DNA of 64,000 bases from Xylographa opegraphella (Eukaryota), in the NCBI GenBank assembly GCA_022813865.1, contig JALDZX010000002.1:558001-622000 (forward strand), in the 5' to 3' direction. Below the pieces are notes generated by a model. It saw only the letters and a program-made list of their open reading frames with translations. It was not told the DNA's origin and did not search any database. The position numbers and the translations under genes were made by a program. Below are positions 35,357 through 48,809 of the stretch, piece by piece. How positions within the stretch are numbered: the stretch's first letter is position 1; the number at the start of each line of letters is the position of its first letter.

Positions 35357-36578
35357 TCAGAACCAAGCAAGTGTCCAGAGAGCTGCCAGGTTCGGCCATC
35401 TTTCTTGCCACTCTGCGAGAACCTCAGGCACCCTTTGATCAAAGCCCATCCTTGCGTCACCTGTTCCGTTTACCCATCCTCCCTCTCCGGTCTTTTCTCG
35501 TTCTTCTCGCGCAGCCGCATTGAGCGAATCAGCTAGATCCAGGATGGCGCTCCCTCCAATCAGACCTTCTTCATGGTTATCTTTGATATCTACATTGATC
35601 ACATGGACGGGACGGTTTAAAGGACTTCCTCTCTCGAGCAAATTATCAACCACAGCATCCCAACACCTCTCTTCGCAAGTAATTACCACATCCACAACTC
35701 CGCCCTCGGAGCCTTTGCTTCCCTTGTCTTGCTTGTATTTGTCCAGGCGAGGTTTCCCGACTGGCCAGTCCTGCCATCGCTCGGGAGCAAACTTCACTCC
35801 TCGATTTCTTTCCAGCATAGTCAGCAGACCATTGGCTCGGTACAACCGTGAATCCTTGGCTGAGAGTTCTGAGTACATTTGATCGTAGGAGATCACATTG
35901 AAAGGATAGACGTTTGGTTGAGTTATGCTCGGTCCCGGAAGGCGAACTAGGGAGCCAGTGCCGAAAGAAATGACAGGATAGGACGCCAGTGATAGTCGCA
36001 AATGAGCTTCCATGGACCTGGAAGAGCGGTATTTTAGGTCAGTGGTACGCAAGAAACGCGGTGCAAAGCGGAATGGGTTTCCGAAACTAGCCTCTCTCCA
36101 CACATGTGTTACCAGCAGTAAACTCATGCTTGATCGAGAAATGGTGTCCAAAATATCCTCTTGCAGTCATGGTGGATGGCAGCCTTGATGAGCTCACAGT
36201 AGCTCTATTTACCAGCGTTGGTAATGAAACCATACCTGTAGGCTTACACAGGTGCTAGAGCTACCTTGCTTTCTTCTGATACAAGTATCTTTGCTACGGG
36301 GGAGAGTGCAACGATTCCGATGATATCACATAATCCTTGACCGGGTTTCGAGCTTACCTGTTTTGATTATTTGCACATACGGTGCAGAATTTCAACTTGA
36401 ACCCCCCATCTTCTGGTCGTAATCTCGAATCCTGGACAGTCCCATTTGGAATGCTTGGTGTTGCTTCTGAAGACTCCAGTTGTGGACTTTCCGCCTTGGG
36501 TGGCGGAGGCGGTGGTGGTTGAGGTGGCGTGGCAGTTCGTGGATCAGACATCCGTGCTAGCCTTGGATCTGAGGCCAT
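35357..36578 (-). CDS. SSU72: RNA polymerase II CTD phosphatase Ssu72, 2 exons (intron 36018-36357)
   Basis: [18 protein letters not shown]5R motif, [26 protein letters not shown] and [10 protein letters not shown]. Confidence 0.95.
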
Positions 36579-38260
36579 GAGAACAACCGATCGGCTGCGC
36601 AGTACCTGCTTGATGCCAGTGAATAGCGAAGGTTTGCTATGTGCTACAAGACGCCTGAAGTAAGCTGAAATTTTCCCGGGAGCGCTCCATTATGCAGGTG
36701 TCGGAACAAGAAGATGTCAGACATAAAGTTGCGTAAATTAAGATATATCCTCATTCCCGTAGGATAGGACAGCTCCAATAAAATGATATTCATCATCTAG
36801 GCTAGGTCGGTGGAAGCAAGCAGAGAGCACGTACAGATCACTGATATGGTTCCAAGCCAATGCCTGGATTTCGATTGGAGATTCAAATTTATCACTATAA
36901 AATCATTCTCGTGAAGAATGCAAAAGGCCGGAGCGGAAGAAAGATCCTTCGGAGTGGTCGGAAAGGAGTTAGCGGCTTCGCCCTTACCGTAGCGGACACT
37001 AGCCTGGAGATGAAACACGCTAATTGAGCCAGTGTCACCGCTAGCCGGTTACACGTCTAGGACTAAAGCGGCATAAAGGCACGAAATATATCGTTTGTTC
37101 TCTCAACATACTCCGTATTGAGCGGTGAAAGAGAACCAGAGCAATGCTTCTACGGTCCGTATTGCTAGGACTCCTGGAGAAGAAGCTGGATGATTGTCCC
37201 CGGTGTGTGCTCCGTGCGGCATTCTGGACCAACAGCAATGGCTGGTAGCGGTCCCGCACACCCTTACGCCATCATGCAGATCATCCAGAATTGAAGCGTG
37301 CGGTACTCACGGGAAACAGCTGTGGGAGACTTGACGTAAGCGGGCAGATCGTATATGTAGTGGTTGTAGAGCCTGTTTGAGCGTGTCTTGTCTCGTTGAA
37401 AATGTGCCAAGTCTTCGGATTGTTTCTTCGTGACGCCAAATTCCTCGGGCTTTTTGATGCTAAAAATAACCTGTCTCCCCCAAACCCTCACGACGGCCAG
37501 CTTCAGACACGATCCCGCAGCAAATCCGTCCATGCATTATCGCCATCCTCCAACGATGGTGCGAAGAAGTTTCTAGGAGTCGAGAGATGTTTACAGACCC
37601 TCTGCCTCAGTCGAGTCTCATCAGTGAAACATAGCCGCATCCCTACGCCGCTGCTTTCGCGCCGACATCTACCCAAGCGCCTGAGTTTATCGGCCCATCT
37701 CACAGCAGGCCCGCGGTCTCCGCTCACTGCTGTACTATCAATACATTCCCACCGCCTTCTGGAAGGTGTGACAGGAGAGCAGCGCTCCTCGCTTCACTCC
37801 GCACGTGTGTTAGTAAATCGCCTTTCTGCGACTTGCGCCGGGACATCTGTACCACACAACACTCCTCCCCCGGGTCACCTGGGGTTCGAAGAGTGCTGTA
37901 GAACTCATCCACTCTGACTTAACGTCGTTGAACCGGTCTGCAGTCAAGTAAAGGTGAGTCTGCTTATCCAGAATGCAAGGCACCTCTCATCAGCTCTCCG
38001 AAAGTTATTATGCTTTTCACACCTTGCTAACGAATCATGTACTGCAGACTGCTCTCCAAATATAGCCAGACGGTCGACACTGACAAAGCACTCTTCCAAA
38101 CTTTGTGGGAGGTCTTGCGAAAGGTCTGGTAGGGGCTTGGTTCACGCAGCCACCCAACCCAGCGTGCCATAATTCACATCTTGCGACCAGCAATTAGGAA
38201 GAGGCAGCGACGGTGATCAATGATTTGGTGATCGTGTTATACACATTCAAGTAAGGCCCA

Positions 38261-39955
38261 ATGGCCGTTGTTCTTTCACCTGCACCATCCTCGTCGGGAC
38301 ATCCAACTCGTCCATATCAGCCCCCTTCACTAAATACAAACCTATCCTCTCTACCACCAATAGTAATAAACCACACACAGAAACCCTCCAAGATGCAGCG
38401 ACCACTATCTTACGCGCAGAATCGGATGTCATCGTACTCAGCAACGTCAAACCTATCACAAAAACCATCACGTCCGCCATCGCATGTGTTTCCTATCTTC
38501 CACTCGAGCCTATCCTACGCTATGGTCAAGGATTTTGCATATCCTATTTCTCACCCGTTCCACTATGGCCCTCCAGCAGAGTCATCCACCACGCCTTCTG
38601 GCCAATCGACCCCTGCTTTCGACCTGCAGCGTAGGCTATCAGATCCTCCTGGTTCGTCTCGGGAGAGTTCGAGGTCTCATTGGATTGCTGGACCGTGGGG
38701 TGGCGACGGACACCTTGCGAATGAGCAATTACCACAAATGGCTTATGGAGATGACAACGGTCATGACCATGGGCCACCGTACAGCGAAGACGAGGATTTA
38801 CACAGTCCGATAGTGGTAAGCTCGAGGCACAAGAAAACAAAGTCTGCATTACCCAACATCGCAGGAGGTCTTGGCAAGGGTCGTGGAAGGAGTCCGGGAA
38901 GAAGTAATAATGCGGAATCGTCACGACAAGTGTACCAGGGCAAGGACCGGGTTAATTACGCAGGCACTAATGGTGATGGTAGTGAAACATATTACATAAG
39001 TGAAGCGGATGAAATGGCCGATGGACCGGGCGGTGAAATCGTTACTTACCCTGCTGGACAAGGTCGCCATTCAAACTCCATGCTGTTTCCCCACACATAT
39101 CACAGCCCTCGGGAAGCAGGCGATCAATCCCAGCAGCGGATATCAACTTACGAAACGTCGTCCGACAACGAACGCTCTGCTGGCCTAGAACCCGGGAGCT
39201 TTAACAACGAGTCGCGATATTCCAGGGACTATCAGTTTACAATTGCGTCTCCAGACGAGGAAATGCATGGCAAAGCTGTCGCTCTTTTCGATTTTGCACG
39301 CGAGAACGAAAATGAGCTCCCGCTTGTGGAGGGACAGGTCATCTGGGTTTCTTATAGGCACGGTCAGGGTTGGCTCGTGGCCGAAGATCCCAAAACTCGC
39401 GACAAGGGATTAGTGCCTGAAGAGTATGTACGGTTACTGCGAGACATCGAAGGTGGCTGGTCGTCCCTCAGCAGCGAGATCAATGCCATTGATCAGACTG
39501 CTCTTCTTTCCCCCGAACCATCAGCTTCCGACTCCACGAACCAATTGACACCGACAGGACCCGAATCAGCATATGGACACTCCGCTCAAGCCAGCAATGG
39601 CAGTAACGGAGTATCAGGGGAGAAGCGTCCGCCTGTCGTCAGCTCGTTTTCCACCAGCAGCAAAGATCTCAACCCCTACCCGCATCCACTGCTGGGAACA
39701 CAGACCGGCCAGCAACCTCCACAGGTCAACCACATCGGCAGCCAGTCTACCACGCCCACGGTGACGAGTCCCATTGCACCTATGACATACAGGCCAAAGA
39801 CCGCGGATACGTCAACATCGAAGAAGCCCAACCGCGAGCCTGCCCAAGCGACCAAAGACAGTGAAGACGACGACTCCGACGATTCTGCCGAGGAAGAGGA
39901 AGACTCCGAAGACTCCGACGACACGGAAGAACAGCCGCCCAAGCGGCAGCGGTAG
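38261..39955 (+). CDS. NBP2: SH3-domain adaptor protein, Nbp2-like (HOG pathway)
   Basis: VKDFAYP..HPFHYG motif and SH3 domain GKAVALFDFARENENELPLVEGQVIWVSYRHGQGWLVA...GLVPEEYV. A probable 5'UTR intron lies at about 37954-38047. Confidence 0.8.
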   Translation: MAVVLSPAPSSSGHPTRPYQPPSLNTNLSSLPPIVINHTQKPSKMQRPLSYAQNRMSSYSATSNLSQKPSRPPSHVFPIFHSSLSYAMVKDFAYPISHPFHYGPPAESSTTPSGQSTPAFDLQRRLSDPPGSSRESSRSHWIAGPWGGDGHLANEQLPQMAYGDDNGHDHGPPYSEDEDLHSPIVVSSRHKKTKSALPNIAGGLGKGRGRSPGRSNNAESSRQVYQGKDRVNYAGTNGDGSETYYISEADEMADGPGGEIVTYPAGQGRHSNSMLFPHTYHSPREAGDQSQQRISTYETSSDNERSAGLEPGSFNNESRYSRDYQFTIASPDEEMHGKAVALFDFARENENELPLVEGQVIWVSYRHGQGWLVAEDPKTRDKGLVPEEYVRLLRDIEGGWSSLSSEINAIDQTALLSPEPSASDSTNQLTPTGPESAYGHSAQASNGSNGVSGEKRPPVVSSFSTSSKDLNPYPHPLLGTQTGQQPPQVNHIGSQSTTPTVTSPIAPMTYRPKTADTSTSKKPNREPAQATKDSEDDDSDDSAEEEEDSEDSDDTEEQPPKRQR

Positions 39956-41225
39956 CACCAATGGCGCCCGCAGCAGATCTTTCATTGTCCGGTGTTTTGG
40001 GAGGGGGGAAGGCATGCTCATCTACATTCGCTTCAGTGATACCCGACCTTTACCTCTCGTTTTGACAGTTGCCCGCTCGACCGCATCGGCGCCGATAAGC
40101 CTGCACCACCACATCATGCCTGTTTATGCCCATTATTTTCTCCTGTCCATACTAGTATCCTGCGTGGTTTCGCGCATATCTCTCTTCCCACCCGCGCTTG
40201 TGGTTGACTGATCCCCGAAGCAACACGTGAGCGCTTTTTCCGTCGCGGCGGTTCCCATTCGGATCGCACGCGCGCTGTGACGCGTGCACTGCTCGTGCGG
40301 GCTGTTTTTGAGTGCGGTTGTTGGGAAGCGTGGTTGTGTAAGAGGGGTTGGGATCGAGAGAGCTTTGGACGAGAAGGAGGAATTCGTTCATCCTGCCTTT
40401 ACTTTATAAGGTAACCATGTCTGCGTCGTGCCGTGACTCTGTCATCACCCCTACCGCGCGCCTTAGCCGCAACAACCTCCACTCCGAAGAGTATTACTGC
40501 CCCGCCCCTTTAGCAGGACTCATTCCGCCTTTCGTTCCATCTCTCTTCCCTGCATACCAAGCACCCCATATCAGCCGCACGTCTCAACCCCCACCTCTCT
40601 CCGACTTATTTCGTCGCCCGTACATATACGCCCCCGCCCCCGCGCCGTCCCCCTCTCCCTCGCACTCCCGTCCCGGACATCCCTCTGTGCCCAAAACACC
40701 CCGTAGCTCAGCACCGTCCACCCCTCATCCAGCCCATCCGCCACCTCAACCCCGAATACAGCCCCCCTACATCCCAANCCTCATCATATACACGCATCAC
40801 CCCCGATCCCCAACTCCCACACACAACACTAGTCCACCCCAACCCCATCCCCATCCCCATCCTCAACCATATCACCTCACCCCCCACCCCCCCTCCTCTC
40901 CCCAATCCAACACGCCAAACCCCACACCTAGCACAACGCAAGCCGAAGCTACATCTCCCCTTTTACAACCCACCACCCCATTTCCCAGCATCGACTGACA
41001 ACCAACCTATCCACGCCGCGAGAAACGCACCGAGCGATCAACTAGGGGGTGGTGGGGGGGTACTCTGGATTTAAGCACGGTAGGGCGGTAGAGAATAGCA
41101 GCGCGGCGACGAAGGGATGGGGGTGATGGTTCGCTGCGCGGTGTTACGGTGGGCGCGAGGGAATTAATTACACAGCGAGGGGCAGGGCAGGGGAGGGGAG
41201 GGTAGTCCGTATGCGGTGGTCCCGG

Positions 41226-41253
41226 GTAGGTAGGTAGGTAAGTAGGTAGGTAG
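41226..41253. repeat. (GTAG)n microsatellite
   Basis: Imperfect GTAG run, GGTAGGTAGGTAGGTAAGTAGGTAGGTA. Confidence 0.85.
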
Positions 41254-41457
41254 ATACCTCGAGGCGGATGTCGATTTGTGGACTTATGTATGCTACATGG
41301 CCAGCATCTTTGCATGGCAATGAATCCCCACTCCCAGAGACGCCAGGAGACCACACACAGCCCAGCCCTCTGGCCTCTCCTCCCTCCCCGCCTCAAATCC
41401 CCAGGAACCGCCCCTTCCACAACCTTCCATCCCCCCATCTCCCCTCCACACGAACCC

Positions 41458-43324
41458 TCAACCCAGTAAATCATCCAACCCACCACCACCGCTCTGCGCC
41501 TGCGCCTGCCCCGTCCTCTGCGCCTGCGCTCCACCGCCAAAGGACGACCCCGCCGCGGGGTTAGCAGCGCCCCACATGCCCTGGCTAGCCTTCTCCTTCG
41601 CCATGCTCGCGAGGTTAGGGCCCTGGGCGCCCGAGGCGGGTTTCTTGATGCCGGCGCTGGCGCTGGCGCTGGACCAGAGGCTGCCGAAGGCGTCGCCGCC
41701 GGAGGAAGAGGGTTTCGCGCCGGGCTTGCTCGTGCTGAAGGAGGTGCCGGAGGTGAGCGAAGGCTTGGAGGGGCCAGCGGAGGGGGTGCTCGCGGATGGG
41801 GCGGGGACGGAGGTGAAGTAGTTGGGTTGGGCGGCTTGGTAGCCTGTGGGGCGGGGGGGCTGGGCGTGGAGTTGCTGGGACTGGTAGAGAGGTTGCGTGG
41901 TGAGAGGTGGAGGGGAGAAGGTGCTGCCCGGGGTGGAGGTGAGTGTGGGGTTGCTGGGAGCGGGAGAGATGGAGGAGAAGCCGACGAGGTCGCTGAGGTT
42001 GGCGCCTTGGGAGGCAGAGACGGGTTTGGGCGCGGCGTATTGGGTGTTGGGGGCCATGGAAGATATGGATGGCGGGATGGTCGAGCGGGATGTGCTTGGT
42101 GCTTGAGGGGCAGGAGCGGCAGAAATGAAATCGTCGAAATCGTCGTCGTCGCCGATGCCATTGCCGTTTCGAGTCGGAGACGTTATGGCTTGTTTGCCGT
42201 TCGATGGCGCAGATTTTGGGGGCGTCATCGGCGGAATATCCTCGTCTCCGAAGGAGAACAGATCCACCTCGGGCGCTTTCTTCACTTCTGTTTTCCGTTT
42301 CGCAGAACTGGATGTGGAGGTGTCCGCTTTCCGTCGCGCTGGGGTACTGACCGCGCCGTCATCTTCCTCGTCGTACTCCTCAAATCGATCTCTCCTTCCA
42401 GTGCTTCCGGAAGTGGCCCCTGAGGCACCGGAATCATGGAATCCGGAATTGGTGTTGCCACCAAAGCCTCCGCCGTCCCCGTAGGTTCCTCCACTGTAGC
42501 CTCCATAAGTGGCGTCCTCACTACCGAAGCCGCCATAACGGCTACCACTTGACATTCCGCCACTTATTCCTCCACCCCCTTCGACGCCACCAAATTTATT
42601 CCGGTTGCTTCTTGCTTTCTTCCGTTCGGCACGGATGCGGTCCACGTCACCTAACAACTCAGCAAGCTCCTTTGACCGATTCCGCACATTGAGCCCTTGA
42701 TCCTTCCCATTCTGGTCAATGAACTGAAATTGGCGAAGCATTTTAATCAGCGAGAGGTGGCTCCGAGCATCATCAATGACTCGTTCAGAGCCGTTCTTGA
42801 TGAGAAATTCGAGAAGTTGTAGACCCTAACAAATATGAGCGATAGCCTGCAAAGTCTCTCGAGTATCAATTGCATACCTTATAAATCTGTCTCCACTCCT
42901 CAGCGGCCTTCTCCGTGAATCGCTTATAGATCATCGGCATGATCTCATTGAGTAGCTGGCTATCATTACTTCGTCAGACGAAAGTTGCGGGCGAAGAATA
43001 CTCAAACCCACTAGCTGTAGGTGCCATTGGCAATCTCTTGCATGAGTGTGGAAGAAGCGCCCCATGGCTCATTGTTCGTGGCTTCTCGGACCTGCAACAT
43101 CCAATCAACAGGGCACCACAGTGGACAATCATGTGCCTATATACCTTTGCCTCCATCTCCGTGTAGTTCATAACAGCTATGCGCACCAGTATTAGCGGTC
43201 TCACTTTGCCACGGTTTTCAGATTCTGCCACGACGAGCATACCATTTTGGACTTTCCGAACGCCAGCCTTCAAGTCATATAACGACAAATTGGCTACAGA
43301 ATCTTTGATATAATTGAGATCCAT
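41458..43324 (-). CDS. ENT3: ENTH-domain epsin-related protein, multi-exon
   Basis: LSLYDLKAGVRKVQNAVMNYTEMEAKVREATNNEPWGAS, EWRQIYK, GKDQGLNVRNR; VDLFSF, DDFDDF and GLDDLLG motifs. Confidence 0.93.
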
Positions 43325-43831
43325 GATGGCGGGTACTGTTCGCAAAAGTGTTGCCACAATAGAGTTCACAATAGACAATAAAGAAACTGTATACGAAGAC
43401 CCGAATTGTGCTAAATGCGAGGAAATTCGTGATTATGTAAGCGTCACACCAATTATTGGCCGGCGATGTTTCATGGTTGTGCTTAAGGGCGGTTACGCTA
43501 TCACACGGCAATGGGCTTATATCAAGTATTTCTGAGAAGAGTTGCATTGCTTTATCACACACATCGTAGACCATGCATCTCAGCAAGAGCTCTAGGCACT
43601 CATGCCATGCATGCGCGCATCATGTCCGTCATCCACATCGTCGCTCGCGACCAAATAGAGTGAGGAGGCTTTTTCAAAACAGAAAGTCCATGTAGTCCAT
43701 CAACCAAGATGTCGAGCACCCTCCAGTGTTCTTAACCCTCCTCTAGGAAACCAAGGACACCAACCGCATAATTATGTAGTCGGTCAAAACAACTCCAGAT
43801 GTGGGAGACTCGTCCAGAGTCCAAGAAAAAC

Positions 43832-46480
43832 TCACCACCAACTACCCATGCTGAGGGGTAATGGTTGATCCTGCATGGTTTCCATCGAAAAATCTTTCAC
43901 CAGATTATCCCAACCTTCCCATGTCATGTTCTCGTCTGCATCTTGCAACAATGTCGGATCGCTCAAGACCCATGTGTTGGCGGGATCTGCATCATAGGCG
44001 AGGGCATCCATGACCGGGTCCCCTTGAAAGCTTTTGGTCGCGGGCGTGTCATACATATCAAGAGGTAATCCTTCGTCCATCCGAGGAGGGATCGGTACGA
44101 AAGCAGAGCTTCCGTCACGAGATTCCGGCAACGGCATACGAGGACCCGGTGCGGTTTCGACCTGACCGATCGAACCATCCATAGGGTACAACATGGCCTT
44201 CTCCAAAGCTTTGCTTCGAGCCAGTCGGGCCTTCACCAGGAGCCTCCGAATCGGCCTCCATAATGAGCTCCTATTTTGTTTCGACATAGTATCCGACCAT
44301 TTCGTCAAAACCAAGTCCATCAATTCCCAAGTGGAATCAATTTCTGACCCGAGGGTCCTCGTGCAGAGCTCGGACAACACAAACGCGACAGCATGCCATT
44401 GGACATATGTTCGGAACAACCAACCCCATTTCATTGTAGTTCTTTGGGATTCAAGAGCATTAGAATATCGAATGACATCCACAGATGTCCGAAATAGACG
44501 ATCTTTGGTTTCTTGTGAAAGGCCCGCGCCACCATCAGATCTCTTAAAGGGATGGTGTACAACGAGCCACATCTTCGCCAATATCTACGAGTGTGATTAG
44601 TAAGCGCATAAGATGGAATGCTACAATTGGAATGCTTACCAATCGAGCTACATTGACAGCAATCCATTGCAAAGGCATGGCCATATCGCAGTGTCTAAGA
44701 TATTTCGCTTCCAAATGTTGAGCCAGTTTCTCAATCACTTTCTCTTTCTCTTCGATCGAAGCATTTCCACGACAAGGTTTATTACCCGAGACCACACCTG
44801 GCGGCGTGTAGTTAAGGAAGCGTACCGTGTTGCCTACTTCGTAGCGAATAAGGTCGAATGTCATCTCCGTGCATCCTTCGCGCACCACAGGAGGCTCTGA
44901 CATTCCGGGCCATATATCTTCGTCATTGATGTTGGCCGGTATCTTGGTATCGAAACTTTGCTCAGTAATGGTTGGATCCGAATTTTGATCTTCTGATGCG
45001 CGGATGTCTACCATTGATATTCAGCAAAAAGTACATTCCCATATAGTCATGAATCATTTACCTAGCGTGCACACCTGCCACCAAAGTCGACGACGCATTT
45101 CGGTTTCAAAAGGATCAAGGCCGAATTGCGCTCCGTCACGGTGAATTCCCATTGCGTTGGCAATCCGGGTAGCCAGTCCTGTCATAGTCCAGACGAAACG
45201 GCCATCGTCGTATCTGCGAGCGGAAACAAGGAAGAGAGTAAATGCTTGCAAAACCATCAATTCGTTAGTCTCCAGGAAACCAGCTCTCGCCAATGCCTGC
45301 TCGGCTCCAAAGCGATATCTCTGGACCGCGATCTCCTTGTCTTGTTGAAGGAGCGACTGGCATTGCTCCGTGTTCAGAGATGTGACCGTGGCAAGGTAAA
45401 TCGCAAACATTAATGCCTCGGTGGCTTTGTCCAGTCCATCCAAGTTGTTACTCGCTCTCAGAACCAGCTGCTCAATCGTAGGTCTATGCAAAAGCCGGAT
45501 CAAAGGATCCACATTCTCCTTATAAAGATCCCAGTATAATGGAATCTGATCTCTGGTAGGATGGAGAATTCGAAGAGTGATCATTGTAGAGCTGTAACCG
45601 AAAATGAAAGTCGTATGATTCTGACGGCTGTGACTGCTGCTGGGATTCAATTCTGGTGTAGCATAATCCTCTTCCTCTTCGGAGCTATCGATGATGAGGT
45701 TGTGCATCTCAGCGACCTAATCAACGAAACCATCGGTCAATAAAGTTGCTCCTTAGCCACCGACAGAATTGGTATTGGGGAAAGGTTTCATGTGATGGAG
45801 TACACTCCGCACAACAAGGGAGTGTTCCGCCTGGGTGGACTTACCTCGGTGGTCAGGTTCGCCCAGAAGCTGTTGCTGACATATCGACTCTTCCCATCTC
45901 CAACGAACAACCGGCCGATCTCCTTTTCGAGTCCCGTGGAATCGTCCGCAGCCTTATCACGCTTTTTGCATCCAGGAGGCTGGCCTACTTCATACAGCGG
46001 CGCTTCAGACTCCTCCTCTTTCAGTTGCTGATTCTCCTCCGAGACCAAGTCCTCTCCATCCGCTCCTTTCCCCAAGCTCTGGACCACGCCCTCCAATCGC
46101 CTTAATCTTGCAAGGAGCTCCGAGTCCGGAGGTTTCTTGGTGCGGCGTGGGGCTCTCCCTGGCCGCGGGAAGACGCATTCTATTCCAGCTTTGTGGCAGT
46201 TTGAGCACGGATGTCGTTTATCGCACCTGACCTTCCTCTTCCTACACGTGGTACATGATCTCGGGTTCACACTCGATGTACTGGCCGGCGAAGTTGCGGA
46301 CTTGCTGCTGGGGATTGGGTCGGAGGTGGAAGGAGATGGCTCGGACGCTAAAGGCTGATAATCCACATCGGGAGACGACATCGAGCGAGGATTTGTAAAG
46401 CTGACGGGGGCATAAGTATTTGTGGAGAAGGTCGGGGAGAAGGTATCGACAGGTATGCCAAAAGGCATATTAGGGTCCAT
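43832..46480 (-). CDS. Zn(II)2Cys6 fungal-specific transcription factor, 4 exons
   Basis: SCTTCRKRKVRCDKRHPCSNCHKAGIEC and middle homology region GIHRDG...FETEMRRRLWWQV...D..P.NINDEDI. Confidence 0.93.
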
Positions 46481-47489
46481 GTCAGAAGTTGACGGGCGTT
46501 GCGCTGCACATTTACAATAGTAGAGGAATTGAGCGATATTAAGGATAACAAACAGTGGTGTTGGAGCTCGTCACTAATTGCGAAGAGGTATGGAAGCTCG
46601 GCAAGAGCTTATGCGCCAGTTGTACAACTTGAATGAAAAGTGTCCTTATTTCACATGTTGTTATTGAGGCTTGAATCACAGCTGGATGGACGCAAGAAAG
46701 TATTATCACAAGTGGTGCACGGGAATAGGAAATCGCCGACATATCTAGCATGTAACGCCAAGCTTCTCCGTGTGAGCATGATGTAAGGCGCGTCCCCTGC
46801 CCGCAAGCGCCTAACCACGCTTTGACTAGCCCTCGAGGTCGAGACGGGGCGCCCAAACAAGGAGCTGAATCATCATTTCTGGGGTGATAAGTGAATCCTG
46901 ACCGCTCTAGGCAACAGCGACTTGTACCTGATACTAAAAGGTCGGTAGAGCATATATTGAACTTTAATAAAACGGTTCAATGAGAGATCATTGGGACCAC
47001 TCATACGCTTCCATGAGCACAACTTCTTTCTGAACACATGAATATTCCCGCATCCAGCTTACTTGGATCCAGGGAATTTACATGCCGAATGCTCACTTTG
47101 TGCTGTGCGATTGGGAGCCAATGATCCCATAACGAAAGTCAAAACAACGCTGCGGTAAGGCGTCCAGAGGACTTGGGACGAATGATTATTATCAGTTCTG
47201 CGGCATTTTAATTAGTGCTGCATCGAAATGCACGCATGAACAGATAGGTAAGGTAATTACTAATAATCATCTAGTTCAGAACCTGAACGTGCTACTTTAG
47301 CGGAAGAATGCCTCAGCCGGGCCTAGCTCCTGTCCAAGCCATTAGTGCTCATCCGTTTCTCTAGCGCGTAAACGGAGCTTTCAAACATCCGGCGCTTAGA
47401 TAAGGGTTCTTACGCGAACTAGGTGCATACGCACGTACGCAACTTCACAGCGCGGCATGGACAAAAGAAAACCATCGCGCAAAGGCCAG

Positions 47490-48387
47490 ATGTCCTCTCC
47501 CACCCCGGCCCCCAAGCGGCGCAAGACCTCCGCCCTCTTCAAGCCCTTCAAGTCACCGCTCAGAACCCCACTCCCGGCAAATTCCAACTCCGCCCTTCCC
47601 CCGCAATCCTCAGCACCAGGAACGACGATCGCAAAACACCCTCAACAGCTCTCCCCACTCTCCACAACCACCACCAGCTCTACCGCCCCACCTACAACCC
47701 TTTCACCAGCAGACAAACCTCCGCAGTCAAACCCACCCACCGCCTCACGAAATCCCTCCCTCCCCCCCCTCCAAACCCACCACACCACCCTCGCCCACAC
47801 CCACACCCACCTCCTCTCCACGCTCGACACCCACACGCAAGCCCTCAAGATCGAGTCCTCCGCCCAAGACGCCGAGCTCGCCCGCCTCACCACGCTGTGG
47901 CGCCTCGCGGCGCGACAAGCGGCCGAGGAGCTCTTCGCCGGCGTGCGCGACCGCGTGAACCGCATGGGCGGCGTGGGCGCGTGGCGGCAGCGCGAGCGGG
48001 AGGGGCGGGAGCGCTGGGGCGGTGGTGGAGGGGGGTGGGATGATGGGGGGGAGAAGAGGGGTGGGGGCGAGCAGGAAGGGGAGGAGGAGGAGGAGGGGGT
48101 GGAAGAGAGGAGGGAGAGGGAGGGGGGGGGGGAGAGGGATCGGGTGGAGGAGAGGAGCGGGTGGGAGGGGGGGGATGATGATGTGAGTGCTTTTTCCGGG
48201 GGTGGTTGCTGCACGGGATATTTTTTGCGTCGCATTGGACAATACCATACTATACTATACTAGCGAACTCTCACTAACAACCCGGCGGGGGCACTAGGGC
48301 TTCACGATGGACATGATGCTGCAGAGCCTGAGTATCGACCTGGGCGTCATCGGCTACGACAAGGAGATGCAGCGCTGGATCGATTGA
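47490..48387 (+). CDS. SFR1: Swi5-dependent recombination protein Sfr1/Mei5 (intron 48183-48297)
   Basis: LFKPFKSPLR, DAELARLTTLWRLAARQAAEELFAGVRDRVNRMGG and FTMDMMLQSLSIDLGVIGYD. Confidence 0.85.
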
Positions 48388-48809
48388 GAGGCTAGCTGTC
48401 GCAATGATATGAGCTTTTGTTCGGACGCGGGTGTGGGGGTTTGGCAGAGCGGGCGCTTTTGCGAGAGTCGAAGAATGCCCCCCTTTTTGTGCGTGGGCGG
48501 TGCTATTTGCTGGGGGATGGACAACTTTGGGAGGATGGCTGTGCGTTTGCTTTCGCTGACTTGTGCGTGTGGCATGGAGGGGATGGTGGGTTGATAGTGG
48601 AGGAGCGATGGGTGCGGATTGAGAAGAAGTGGGAAATGTACCTGACGCTCGGGATGACTTTAACGTGGACACCATATTTCAGCTGTCAGTAGCATGAGCT
48701 CTTTTCTTGCAGCAGGAAAACAACGTCTAAAGAGCGTTCCATCGATGCTATTCTTAACAAGGATGAATCATGTTTTATATACCGATACAACCCAACGCCC
48801 TCGCTATGC

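Noticed and set aside
40348..42161. Long Pro-rich ORFs 40348-40998 (+) and 41007-42161 (-)
   Set aside because: Products of low-complexity C-rich DNA or an alternative frame of ENT3. The region also contains an N base.
47642..48248. Antisense ORFs over SFR1 and other GC-rich genes
   Set aside because: Shadow ORFs caused by high GC content and codon bias.
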